Source: Ylistrum balloti (taxonomy: Eukaryota). Taken from it: a stretch of DNA of 64,000 bases. Location of the stretch: the NCBI RefSeq assembly GCF_031769215.1, contig NW_026782110.1, positions 372,001-436,000 of the forward strand, in the 5' to 3' direction. Of the stretch, positions 12,735 to 25,177 are shown piece after piece (the first letter of the stretch is position 1; every line of letters begins with the position of its first letter). The notes under the pieces were generated by a model that saw only the letters and a program-made list of their open reading frames with translations, was not told where the DNA came from and searched no databases. Position numbers and translations under genes: made by a program.

Positions 12735-13290
12735 TCCAAAATTCCATATACGGTAACCGGCATTCTCATAGGTCAGTCTATCATGGAATCCAAAATTCCA
12801 CATAACTAGCATTCTCATAGGTCAGTCTAACGTGGAGTTCAAAATTCCACATAACTAGCATTCTCATAGGTCAGTCTATCATGGAATCCAAAATTCCACA
12901 TAACTAGCATTCTCATAGGTCAGTCTAACGTGGAATTCAAAATTCCACATAACTAGCATTCTCATAGGTCAGTCTAACGTGGAATTCTCATAGGTCAGTC
13001 TAACGTGGAATTCAAAATTCCACATAACTAGCATTCTCATAGGTCAGTCTAACGTGGAATTCCAAATTCCACATAACTAGCATTCTCATAGGTCAGTCTA
13101 TCATGGAATCCATAGGTCAGTCTATCATGGAATCCATAGGTCAGTCTATCGTGGAATCCTAAATTTCATATAGCAGGTATTCTGAGATCAATCTACAACT
13201 GTATCTTAATTGCGCTTCAATATTCCACACAGCATATTCTGAGGTCAGTCTTTCTTGAACTTCAAAATTCTACATAACTGGCATATTCAA
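12735..13290. repeat. 49-bp minisatellite with an internal hairpin and deleted variants
   Basis: Unit CTAGCATTCTCATAGGTCAGTCTAACGTGGAATTCAAAATTCCACATAA; GTGGAATT-CAA-AATTCCAC is an 8-bp stem. Confidence 0.9.
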
Positions 13291-15123
13291 TGATTTTCTA
13301 TCTCATTTGGTACTTTGAATTTTTAAATTCTTATCAATTGTATAATCTGACATGAATTGATATAGAGCCTTGTATCATTTTCCATTAAAATGTATCCTAT
13401 TACTAAGTCATTTATCCCACAATTAATCAATTAAAATATTTTATGGGTGTTTCGCTTTCAAATGAAGGTTATGTTGTTTTTCTAGTTATACTTCACTAAA
13501 TACGAGACTTAGTGATGGTAATTTTTTATTTTGAAAGTTAAAAGTTTGTTTTCGTTATTAAAAAATGAAGGATGGATCCTGAAATGATGTATATATATAC
13601 GTTCTGTCTAGCCCTATGTGCAAAAGCAATTTTGAGATTGATTTGGAAAACAAAATTGACTGTGTTCTGGAAACAAAGTTGGTTAACTCCATACACATAA
13701 ATGCCTAAAAAAGATGTCAGGTGGATCTTGATGCCAACAATTGTATGATCTTTATTTTAATTATAGTTTATCAAATTCATTAAAACTTTAAAATAAGTGC
13801 TGACTGAAATATTTCCCGAAGTAGCGTTAACTTTAATCCCGTACGCGTCAAACATAATGTTAACGGTGATCTCGTTTCTCAAGCTTTTAGATGATGTCGA
13901 TCCAGTGCAAGAATGTTAGGAGCTAAGACCTTGTTAGGCGACATGGTAGGTTATAATAAGTACTCCCGTGCAAAAATAGTAAATTTCCATAATCACAATT
14001 AGTAAGCTCTTTTAAAGTTAACATGATGCCATCATGAACGTACTCTGCCGTGATAAATAACATGTCATTTGCCACAATTTAAAATAACTGACGTGACTGA
14101 CTCGGTACGATGTACTGTACTAACACCGAAAATTTATGTCTCTAAAATGATAATTTGATGTCAGAATTCACATTTACTATACGGTTAATGATATTTACAT
14201 TATATTAGCAGTGCTATTTTGAGAGACAGAAATTTTTGGTCGAGGTATGATTGTGTATTCACGATCGACATGATTGTGTATTCAGGACTCGGTCCTGTTG
14301 CATAATATGTGCTCGACATCGGTTTCGGACCGTTTTGTATTTCGGAGCGGTCATGTTGTCGTGCCGTATCACATGAACTATTGGCCTGATAATTTTTATT
14401 GCTGTAACATGTCATGCTTCCGAAAGAATAAAAATTGTGATTTACTCAATTCACCATAAGATGTTATGAGCTAATATTTCACTGGTATATTTGTGTTTTT
14501 TCTTAGTACACACAATTTTACATGTCAAACACCCTCCTGGTATGATGAAATAATTCAAGAATTCAACATCGAATGCCAATGTTTTGATGTCATCTGTCAT
14601 GTGAATAAAAATTGACCATGAATAATAAGCCACAGCTTCTTGCATTTTTTTGACTGCAGAAGTCCAAACATGCATTGAAAACATGATTTTGAAATTATTA
14701 CTTTTGATGACTCCTTTCTGATTTTATTTAACTAGAGAATGGTAGACTGAAAGATGAAAAATCTTTGCTTGAATAGGTTTTATTATAAAAAAGAAGTTTA
14801 CAAAGAAATATGGCTCATTGGAGTAAAAAAACAGAATCAAAAAGAACAAAAAATACCTTGAATCAAACCCTTTAGAAAAGTGCACAGATAATCACAGATA
14901 TCCACCACTCTTGGAATTTATTTTGTTTTTATTTTGTTATCGAAATGATATTCCTGTTCAAGGGAAAACACTGGTGTTTCATCAATCAGTCTTTTTAATA
15001 AATCTTATAGTATGAACAGCATTTGAATTTATTTATGTATGAGTTTGATGGATAATATGTTGCTGCAGTCTGCACACCTGTCAAATTGTTTACAACTCTT
15101 GTTTGTCGGTTTAAATACTTATT

Positions 15124-15670
15124 ATTTTAGTTCACCTGGCAAGAAGTCTGGTGTTAAATTTTCACTTCAAACAACTTCTTCTCAATAATGGTAAGGCCCA
15201 GGGTACTGATGTTGGACCTGTAACATGTTGAAATGGAGGGCTACCAAATTTGTTTAAATGAATGACTTTGACCCACTTTCAAGGTCACATGGGTAAAATG
15301 TATGAAAATCTTCTAACAACTTCTTACCTTCAACTAAAAGACCCAGAGTACTGATATTGGACCTGTGGCCTGCTAGGACGATGTTCTACCAAGTTTGCCA
15401 CAATAAATTACCTTGACCCACTTTCAAGGTCACAGGGGTCAAATGTGTTAAAAAACTTTCAAACAGCTTCTTCTCGAAAAGGAAAGGCCAAGGGTAATGA
15501 TAATAATCCTTTAGCATAGTGGGAAAACAGTGTACCAAGTTTGTCCAAATGAATGACCTTCACCTACTTTTAAAATCACAGGAGCCAAATGTGTTAAAAC
15601 CTTAAAAAACTTCTCCTCAATAACCAAAAGGCCCAGGGTACTGATATTAGGCCAGTAGCTTGCTGGGATA
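15124..15670 (+). mobile_element. HINE/pearl-like non-autonomous element with about 146-bp internal tandem repeats
   Basis: Starts TTATTTTAGTTCACCTG; AAC(A/T)TCTTCTC ... TTGACCCACTTTCAAGGTCACA modules recur at about 146-bp spacing; related copy at 27428. Confidence 0.65.
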
Positions 15671-16004
15671 AAGGGATCGTCCTAGCCAGGATTTTGCTTT
15701 TCCCATTAATTAGTATGATTATTACTGCAAACAACACTGTAAAAAGTGACTTTGTTTTAAAACAAACAGTATTTTAACGAAAAATTTTGTGTTGTAATAT
15801 TTGAAAGTGCTTGAAGAAATTAACCTGAGCCAACGCCCAACCTCCCATGCCAATATTGACTTTGTACATGCATGTGCATTGATATAAATGTGATATTTGA
15901 TTTTCATCTTGAAATCATGGAGTATCCTCTATATATTTCAGCAGAAGATTGACAGGTATGTATGAAGTACATTGGAAAGGAAACCTGGTTACTGACCTAC
16001 AATA

Positions 16005-16696
16005 ATGCTCCTAAATTTACCACGTGTAGAATGGTCACGATGCTGCCAGTATCCAAAACTTCCAAGTCTTCTCAAAGTGTTCGCACAGAACCAAGTTAGC
16101 AAGCAGCATGTTGGAGAGATCAGGAAGTGTCAGTATAGGAACTTGTGTACACTAAATGTGATTTACCACAGCGTTCAAATTTCTAAAATACATACACCTT
16201 GTATTCCATTGTGGTCCACTGTACATACTCTATATAGAACTTTCACTCAGAACTCTGGGTCACAGAAAGACTATTACAAGATTCTTAATCTAGAGAAGAA
16301 TGCCAGTGAATCAGAGATAAAATCAGCCTACTTCAAATTGTCCAAGAAATATCACCCAGATCTCAACAAAGGGGCGTGTACTGCTTCTTTCCTAGATGTA
16401 GTAGAAGCATATGAAGTCCTAAGTAACAAAGTTAAAAGACAGGATTATGATCATACCATTTCCCGTCGGACAAAACGTCAGCAGCAAGAGTCAAATGACA
16501 ATAAGTTTTACAGCCATCAGAAGCAGCATGGAAATTTTGACCAGGAAATGTTTTACAGACGTCAAAAATATTGGGAGGATAGGGACTTAGAACATGAACG
16601 TGCACGTGCCTATGAACGTGCACGTGCCTTTGAACGTGAACATGCAAGTCCATTCATGGAACATGATATGAGCTGCAAAGATCGAGATTCAAAATG
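16005..16696 (+). CDS. DnaJ/Hsp40 J-domain protein, coding exon 1 (DNAJC30/DNAJC4-like architecture)
   Basis: J-domain DYYKILNLEKNASESEIKSAYFKLSKKYHPDLNKG...FLDVVEAYEVLSNKVKRQDYD with HPD; N-terminal ~85 aa nearly free of acidic residues (mitochondrial-leader-like); ends at donor AAATG|GTGAGA (phase 2), so the ORF-track stop at 16700 is intronic. Confidence 0.9.
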
Positions 16697-16899
16697 GTGA
16701 GAGTATATTCAAAAATTACTTAAAAACTTTTATGAAATCTACATATAATAACCACATTTTTGTGAAAATGGTGATAAAAGATCTATATAAAACAAAGTCC
16801 TATAATACCTTGCTTACACTTTATGCAAAATTGTTGCCATTGATTGCAGCTTTTAATACTATACTTTCGTAATTATTACATAACTTGTTGTCATTTCTT

Positions 16900-17110
16900 T
16901 CAGTCATCTGACCCAACAAGTCGGGATGACCCATAGCCATTGTGTTTCTTAAATTATTGTCTGCTGTCAGTTAACTTTTCACATATTAAACTTCTCAAGC
17001 TCTATCATTGGGATTTAGTTCAAACTTGTCTAGAATGGTCTAGAGATTTCCTTACCAAGGGTTATGTTTTGGTTTGGACCAAAAGTCCTTTGATGACATT
17101 GAGGTAAAAA
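16900..17110 (+). mobile_element. Degenerate HINE/pearl-like fragment in the DnaJ intron
   Basis: TTTCAGTCATCTGACCC...GATGACCCATAGCCATT...TGTCTGCTGTCAGTTAACTTTTCACAT...CTTCTC resembles the 5' end of bivalve HINEs. Confidence 0.45.
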
Positions 17111-17389
17111 TTGGTGGGGATGTCTACAGCAGAAGGTGACTAAAGGTTGTTATTTTTCAACCTCATCAAACTTTGTTATAACAGTCACAGTAGCAATTTT
17201 TAACATGACTGCATCATAATTATCCTGACCATATGTTGTTAGTTCTTGGGATCTGTCTGTAATGCAAAGTGTTGCTTCTGAAGCTTTCTACTAATATTCT
17301 GGTCAGTTCTAGTGATTTTATGGTTATTCCCAAAACCACTACTGCTATTAGATCAGGTACACTGTAATAAATGACATGTTATATTACCT

Positions 17390-18560
17390 GTATCAGTGTC
17401 CCTGTATCAGTGTCCCTTAATCAGTGCCCCTGTATCAGTGTCCCTTAATCAGTGTCCCTGTATCAGTGTCCCTGTATTATTGTCACTGGATCAGTCAACC
17501 TAGATCAATGTCCCTGCATTACTGTCACTGGATCAGTCAACCTAGTTCAGTGTCCCTGTATTATTGTCACTGGATCAGTCAACCTAGATCAGTGTCCCTG
17601 TATTATTGTCACTGGATCAGTCAACCTGGATCAGTGTCCCTGTATTATTGTCACTGGATCAGTCAACCTAGATCAGTGTCCCTGTATTAGTGTCACTGGA
17701 TCAGTGTCCCTGTATTAGTGTCACTGGATCAGTGTTCCTGTATCAGTGTTCCTTAATCAGTGTCCCTGTATTATTGTCACTGGATCAGTCAACCTTGATC
17801 AGTGTCTCTGTATTATTGTCACTGGATCAGTGTCCCTGTATTATTGTCACTGGATCAGTTAACCTTGATCAGTGTCCCTGTATTATTGTCACTGGATCAG
17901 TCAACCTTGATCAGTGTCTCTGTATTATTGTCACTGGATCAGTCAACCTTAATCAGTGTCCCTGTATTATTGTCACTGGATCAGTCAACCTTGATCAGTG
18001 TCCCTGTATTATTGTCACTGGATCAGTCAACCTAGATCAGTGTCCCTGTATTATTGTCACTGGATCAGTCAACCTAGATCAGTGTCCCTGTATTATTGTC
18101 ACTGGATCAGTCAACCTTGATCAGTGTCCCTGTATTATTGTCACTGGATCAGTCAACCTTGATCAGTGTCCCTGTATTATTGTCACTGGATCAGTCAACC
18201 AAGGTCATTGTCCCTGTATTATTGTCACTGGATCAGTCAACCTAGATCAGTGTCCCTGTATTATTGTCACTGGATCAGTCAACCTTGATCAGTGTCCCTG
18301 TATTATTGTCACTGGATCAGTCAACCTTGATCAGTGTCCCTGTATTATTGTCACTGGATCAATCAACCTAGTTGAGTGTCTCTGTATTAGTGTCACTGGA
18401 TCAGTGTCCCTGTATTAGTGTCACTGGATCAGTCAACCTTGATCAGTGTCCCTGTATTATTGTCACTGGATCAGTCAACCTTGATCAGTGTCCCTGTATT
18501 ATTGTCACTGGATCAGTCAACCTAGTTGAGTGTCCCTGTATTAGTGTCACTGGATCAATC
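17390..18560. repeat. 42-bp intronic minisatellite with 28-bp deletion variants
   Basis: Unit CAGTGTCCCTGTATTATTGTCACTGGATCAGTCAACCTTGAT; source of the spurious QCPCIIVTGSVNLD ORFs. Confidence 0.95.
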
Positions 18561-18934
18561 AACATAAACATTCGATAGGTTTATTTATTTCATGTCTGTT
18601 GAGTTTTGTATTGTCAACTTGTTACATTCTTAATGTATATCCAGTTTAGCTTCTTATTTGAGTATAAAAATTAATTCTGTTAACAGTTCTACTCAGAAAC
18701 CATTGAGCCTGTTTGATTCATCTGCCACATTTACAATATATCTCAAATACATCCCTGCCCACAAGAATCCCCTTCTTTATTTTTTCAGAATCATCAGTTT
18801 TAAAATAGTATGCTAGTATGCTAAGTTAACTTGGATACTAAGCATGTATTCTAGGGAAGAGGCATTTATTTGAGGATAAAAACAGTATAAAGCATTTTAT
18901 ATTCTTTATATCCCAATGTTAAAATATGAGTATT

Positions 18935-21900
18935 TTATCCTATACATATTGGTTTATTTCAACCTTATCCTGTACACATTGTTTTATTTCAACCTTATCC
19001 TGTACACATTGTTTTATTTCAACCTTATCCTGTACACATTGTTTTATTTCAATCTTATTCTGTACACATTGTTTTATTTCAACCTAATCCTGTACATGTT
19101 GTTTTATTTCAATCTTATCCTGTACACATTGTTTTATTTCAACCTTATCCTGTACATGTTGTTTTATTTCAACCTTATCCTGTACATGTTGTTTTATTTC
19201 AACCTCATCCTGTACATGTTGTTTTATTTCAACCTTATCCTGTACATGTTGTTTTATTTCAATCTTATCCTGTACACATTGTTTTATTTCAATCTTATCC
19301 CGTCCATGTTGTTTTATTTCAATCTAATCCTGTACACATTGTTTTATTTCAACCTTATCCTGTACATGTTGTTTTATTTCAACCTTATGCTTACATCCTG
19401 TTGTTTTATTTTTATCCTGTACACATTGTTTTATTTCTTATCCTGTACATGTTGTTTTATTTCAACCATTGTTTTATTTCTTATCCTGTACATGTTGTTT
19501 TATTTCAACCTCATCCTGTACATGTTGTTTTATTTCAACCTCATCCTGTACATGTTGTTTTATTTCAACCTTATCCTGTACATGTTGTTTTATTTCAATC
19601 TTATCCTGTACACGTTGTTTTATTTCAACCTCATCCTGTACATGTTGTTTTATTTCAACCTTATCCTGTACATGTTGTTTTATTTCAATCTTATCCTGTA
19701 CACATTGTACACATTGTTTTATTTCAACCTTATCCATGTTGTTTTATTTACATGTTGTTTTATTTCAACCTTATCCTGTACATATTGTTTTATTTCAACC
19801 TTATCCTGTACATGTTGTTTTATTTCAACCTTATCCTGTACACATTGTTTTATTTCAACCTTATCCTGTACATATTGTTTTATTTCAACCTTATCCTGTA
19901 CATGTTGTTTTATTTCAACCTTATCCTGTCCTGTACATCTTATCCTGTTGTTTTATTTCAATCTTATCCTGTACACATTGTTTTATTTCATTGTTTTATT
20001 TCCTTATCCTGTACATATTTCAACCTTATCCTGTACATGTTGTTTTATTTCAACCTTATCTGTACTGTACATATTGTTTTATTTCAACCTTATCCTGTAC
20101 ATATTGTTTTATTTCAATCTTATCCTGTACATGTTGTTTTATTTCAACCTTATTCTGTACATGTTGTTTTATTTCAACCTCATCCTGTACACATTGTTTT
20201 ATTTCAACCTTATCCTGTACATGTTGTTTTATTTCAATCTTATCCTGTACACGTTGTTTTATTTCAACCTTATCCTGTACATGTTGTTTTATTTCAACCT
20301 TATCCTGTACATGTTGTTTTATTTCAACCTTATCCTGTACATGTTGTTTTATTTCAATCTTATCCTGTACACATTGTTTTATTTCAACCTCATCCTGTAC
20401 ATGTTGTTTTATTTCAATCTTATCCTGTACATGTTGTTTTATTTCAACCTCATCCTGTACATGTTGTTTTATTTCAACCTCATCCTGTACATGTTGTTTT
20501 ATTTCAACCTCATCCTGTACATGTTGTTTTATTTCAATCTTATCCTGTACACATTGTTTTATTTCAACCTTATCCTGTACATGTTGTTTTATTTCAACCT
20601 TATCCTGTACATGTTGTTTTATTTCAACCTTATCCTGTACATGTTGTTTTATTTCAATCTTATCCTGTACACGTTGTTTTATTTCAATCTTATCCTGTAC
20701 ATGTTGTTTTATTTCAATCTTATCCTGTACACATTGTTTTATTTCAACCTTATCCTGTACATGTTGTTTTATTTCAACCTTATCCTGTACATGTTGTTTT
20801 ATTTCAACCTTATCCTGTACATGTTGTTTTATTTCAATCTTATCCTGTACACATTGTTTTATTTCAACCTTATCCTGTACACATTGTTTTATTTCAATCT
20901 TATCCTGTACATGTTGTTTTATTTCAACCTTATCCTGTACATGTTGTTTTATTTCAACCTCATCCTGTACACATTGTTTTATTTCAACCTCATCCTGTAC
21001 ATGTTGTTTTATTTCAACCTTATCCTGTACATGTTGTTTTATTTCAACCTTATCCTGTACATGTTGTTTTATTTCAATCTTATCCTGTACACATTGTTTT
21101 ATTTCAACCTTATCCTGTACACATTGTTTTATTTCAATCTTATCCTGTACATGTTGTTTTATTTCAACCTTATCCTGTACATGTTGTTTTATTTCAACCT
21201 CATCCTGTACACATTGTTTTATTTCAACCTCATCCTGTACATGTTGTTTTATTTCAACCTTATCCTGTACATGTTGTTTTATTTCAATCTTATTCTGTAC
21301 ACATTGTTTTATTTCAACCTCATCCTGTACATGTTGTTTTATTTCAATCTTATCCTGTACACATTGTTTTATTTCAACCTTATCCTATACACATTGTTTT
21401 ATTTCAACCTTATCCTGTACACATTGTTTTATTTCAACCTTATCCTGTACACATTGTTTTATTTCAACCTTATCCTGTCCATGTTGTTTTATTTCAACCT
21501 TATCCTGTACATGTTGTTTTATTTCAACCTTATCCTGTACATGTTGTTTTATTTCAACCTTATCCTGTACATGTTGTTTTATTTCAATCTTATCCTGTAC
21601 ACGTTGTTTTATTTCAATCTTATCCTGTACATGTTGTTTTATTTCAACCTTATCCTGTCCATGTTGTTTTATTTCAACCTTATCCTGTACATGTTGTTTT
21701 ATTTCAACCTTATCCTGTACATGTTGTTTTATTTCAACCTTATCCTGTACATGTTGTTTTATTTCAATCTTATCCTGTACACGTTGTTTTATTTCAATCT
21801 TATCCTGTACATGTTGTTTTATTTCAATCTTATCCTGTACACATTGTTTTATTTCAACCTTATCCTGTACATGTTGTTTTATTTCAACCTTATCCTGTAC

Positions 21901-22248
21901 ATGTTGTTTTATTTCAACCTTATCCTGTACATGTTGTTTTATTTCAATCTTATCCTGTACACATTGTTTTATTTCAACCTTATCCTGTAAATGTTGTTTT
22001 ATTTCAACCTTATCCTGTACACGTTGTTTTATTTCAACCTTATCCTGTACACGTTGTTTTATTTCAATCTTATCCTGTACATGTTGTTTTATTTCAATCT
22101 TATCCTGTACATGTTGTTTTATTTCAATCTTATCCTGTACATGTTGTTTTATTTCAATCTTATCCTGTACATGTTGTTTTATTTCAACCTTATCCTGTAC
22201 ACATTGTTTTATTTCAATCTTATCCTGTACATGTTGTTTTACTTTCAG
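18935..22248 (+). repeat. 30-bp minisatellite, about 110 copies, ending in the DnaJ exon-2 acceptor
   Basis: Unit TTATCCTGTACATGTTGTTTTATTTCAACC; last unit reads ...ATGTTGTTTTACTTTCAG|G; 240-bp higher-order duplication (20821-21030 = 21061-21270). Confidence 0.97.
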
Positions 22249-22474
22249 GAATCCAAATGAGTTGACAAGAAAAGACCACATTCTCTCTCTAATTATGTGT
22301 ACTTTAGCAACAGTAGTAATGTTTAAAATTTACATGGACCTGGAGAAAAGATCACAGAACTCAAAGGAATCTCATACAAATAACGAGATGAAAAAACTGG
22401 AAAAGGGAGGACTCATACCCACTGTTGATCTAGCAAAAAAGACTGGTGTCTATGAAAAGGAAATGAAGTCATGA
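22249..22474 (+). CDS. DnaJ protein, terminal coding exon with transmembrane helix
   Basis: Acceptor TTTTACTTTCAG|G; TG+G gives Trp in frame with exon 1: WNPNELTRKDHILSLIMCTLATVVMFKIYMDLEKRSQ...EKEMKS*; the joined CDS is 918 nt (305 aa). Confidence 0.85.
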
Positions 22475-22544
22475 TGCCATCCATGGCTCCAACATAAACC
22501 CAACTGTATTTAATTTTTATCTATTTGAACATATAAAACATATG

Positions 22545-24320
22545 AAAAAAACACAACACAACACAACACACGGTAACTAAACACATCAGCAATACACCAA
22601 CTGTACAATACAAAGTAATTATAAACATCCCCAACACAACCTGTATAACCCCACTATCTATATATCACAAGGTAACTAAACACACCACCCTAACACCTAT
22701 ACAACACACAGTAACTAAACACACCACCCAACACCTATACAACACACGGTAACTAAACACATCAGCAATACACCAACTGTACAATACAAAGTAATTATAA
22801 ACATCCCCAACACAACCTGTATAACTCCACTACCTATATAACACAAGGTAGCTAAACACACCACCCTAACACCTATACAACACACGGTAACTAAACACAC
22901 CACCCTAACACCTATACAACACTAGGTAACTAAACACACCACCCAAACACCTATATAACACAAGGTAACTAAACACACACCCTAACACCTATACAACACA
23001 AGGTAACTAAACACACCACCCTAACACCTATACAACACACGGTAACTAAACACACCACCCTAACACCTATACAACACACCGTAACTAAACACATCAGCAA
23101 TAAACCAACTGTACAATACAAAGTAATTATAAACATCCCCAACACAACCTGTATAACCCCACTACCTATATAACACTAGGTAACTAAACACACCCAAACA
23201 CCTATACAACACTAGATAACTAAACACACCACCCAAACACCTATATAACACAAGGTAACTAAACACACCACCCTAACACCTATACAACACACGGTAACTA
23301 AACACACCACCCTAACACCTATACAACACACGGTAACTAAACACATCAGCAATAAACCAACTGTACAATACAAAGTAATTATAAACATCCCCAACACAAC
23401 CTGTATAACCCCACTACCTATATAACACTAGGTAACTAAACACACCACCCAAACACCTATACAACACTAGATAACTAAACACACCACCCAAACACCTATA
23501 TAACACAAGGTAACTAAACACACCACCCTAACACCTATACAACACAAGGTAACTAAACACACCACCCTAACACCTATATAACACAAGGTAACTAAACACC
23601 CACCCTAACACCTATACAACACAAGGTAACTAAACACACCACCCTAACACCTATACAACACAAGGTAACTAAACACACCACCCTAACACCTATACAGCAC
23701 AAGGTAACTAAACACACCACCCAAACACCTATACAACACAAGGTAACTAAACACACCCCCTAACACCTATACAACACAAGGTAACTAAACACACCACCTA
23801 TATAACACAAGGTAACTAAACACACCACCAACTGGTTTGTTGAAATTTGCTATTACTATTATAAGTGTGTCTTATATTAAATATCTGATGTGATATGAAA
23901 TAAAATATGATTTCGATGAGATGTTGTTTTTTGATGAGCTTGATACCTGGGTAAATTATCAACCAAACAACCCCTATATAACACAAGGTAACTAAACAAA
24001 CCACCCAATCACCAACTGTACACCACAAGGTAACTAAACACACCACTACAACACCTCCTGTACACCACAAGGTAACTAAACATACCACCCCAATACCACC
24101 TGTATAACACAAGGTAACTAAACACACCACTACAACACCTCCTGTACACCACAAGGTAACTAAACACACCACCTCAACACTAACTGTACACCACAAGGTT
24201 ACTAAACACACCACCCCAACACCACCTATATAACACAAGGTAAATAAATACACCACCTATATAACACAAGGTAACTAAACACCACCTGTATAACACAAGG
24301 TTACTAGAAACATCACCCCC
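22545..24320. repeat. AC-rich minisatellite (39-bp core unit plus longer composite units), interrupted at about 23830-23965
   Basis: Unit AAGGTAACTAAACACACCACCCTAACACCTATACAACAC alternates with an ATCAGCAAT...CAAAGTAATTATAAACATCCCC module. Confidence 0.9.
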
Positions 24321-24794
24321 AATGCCACCTGTACAACATCACACAATTAGAGGGACATACCTTATGATGTCCACCTTCACAACACGTGATGGTAGTGTTC
24401 TGAGCATATCAAAATCGTATTTCAATGCTACATTTGTGTATCTGTTCTTGATCATCAAAACAGATCAAAGGGTAATCGAGTGCTATATTGACATACATTT
24501 TAGATTGAGGTGTTGAATCTTTGTATGCATGTGAAAAACACTTTAGACTGAGTTTCTGTCTCCGAGTGGAAAACAATTTAGACTGAGGTGACGAGTTTCT
24601 GTATCCTAGTGGAAAACAATTTAGACTGAGATGACGAGTCTCTTGTCAAAGAGTGAAATACAGTTTAGACTGAGGCGACATGTTTTTTTTGAAAGTGTTC
24701 GACATTTTGGCGGAAATCAGATCCATTATGATATTATGTATGTTCAGAAAATAGTAACGTTAGAACAGGTATGTTAAATATATTTATCTATTAA

Positions 24795-25177
24795 AGGTGA
24801 CAGAAAGCCAAAACCCATAAAATAACTGCCGATGATGCCAGAGTGTTATAAAAGTATCATAAAAAACAAAAACGTGCTATTTTACACAAATTTAGAGTGT
24901 TTGGTAAATTAATTGAGTTTTTAAAAACTGCTGTTCTTCAGTCGATCTTGCGAAACACAAAGGCCATGACTGAGTTATCGCCCTTATCCGTGACGTCATA
25001 TGTGACAAACGCTTTCATTGCAAAAAATCCGCGCTATCTGTCAAGCAGAAAAATTGTAAACAAACGCCAGATGTCAACATGGTACAATGTGCGGCCATCA
25101 GTTGTAACAACAGTAGTAATCGTGGACAGCAAGTAAGTTTATTTGCTTTTCCCCGAGATGAAAAGCTTCGGAATGCT
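24795..25177 (+). mobile_element. 5' end of a THAP-domain DNA transposon (Kolobok-like), truncated by a LINE
   Basis: TTAA|AGGTGACAG terminus at 24791-24803; CRE TGACGTCA at 24991; AACATGG start at 25079 encodes MVQCAAISCNNSSNRGQQVSLFAFPRDEKLRNA (THAP C-x4-C ... FP-x-D pattern) and stops at the LINE tail. Confidence 0.65.

Noticed and set aside
17424-18578. Cys-rich QCPCIIVTGSVNLD ORFs resembling metallothionein or keratin-associated proteins
   Set aside because: 42-bp intronic minisatellite; 28-bp variants shift the frame freely.
18916-22265. ORFs of 954-1024 aa in three frames (Cys-rich or hydrophobic repeats)
   Set aside because: The 30-bp unit lacks stops in all + frames; the array is intronic, and only 22249-22474 is coding.
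24540-24680. GACTGAG..GACGAGT...GAAAAC repeats resembling a hammerhead core
   Set aside because: No CUGANGA followed by a paired stem II; just a short degenerate tandem repeat.
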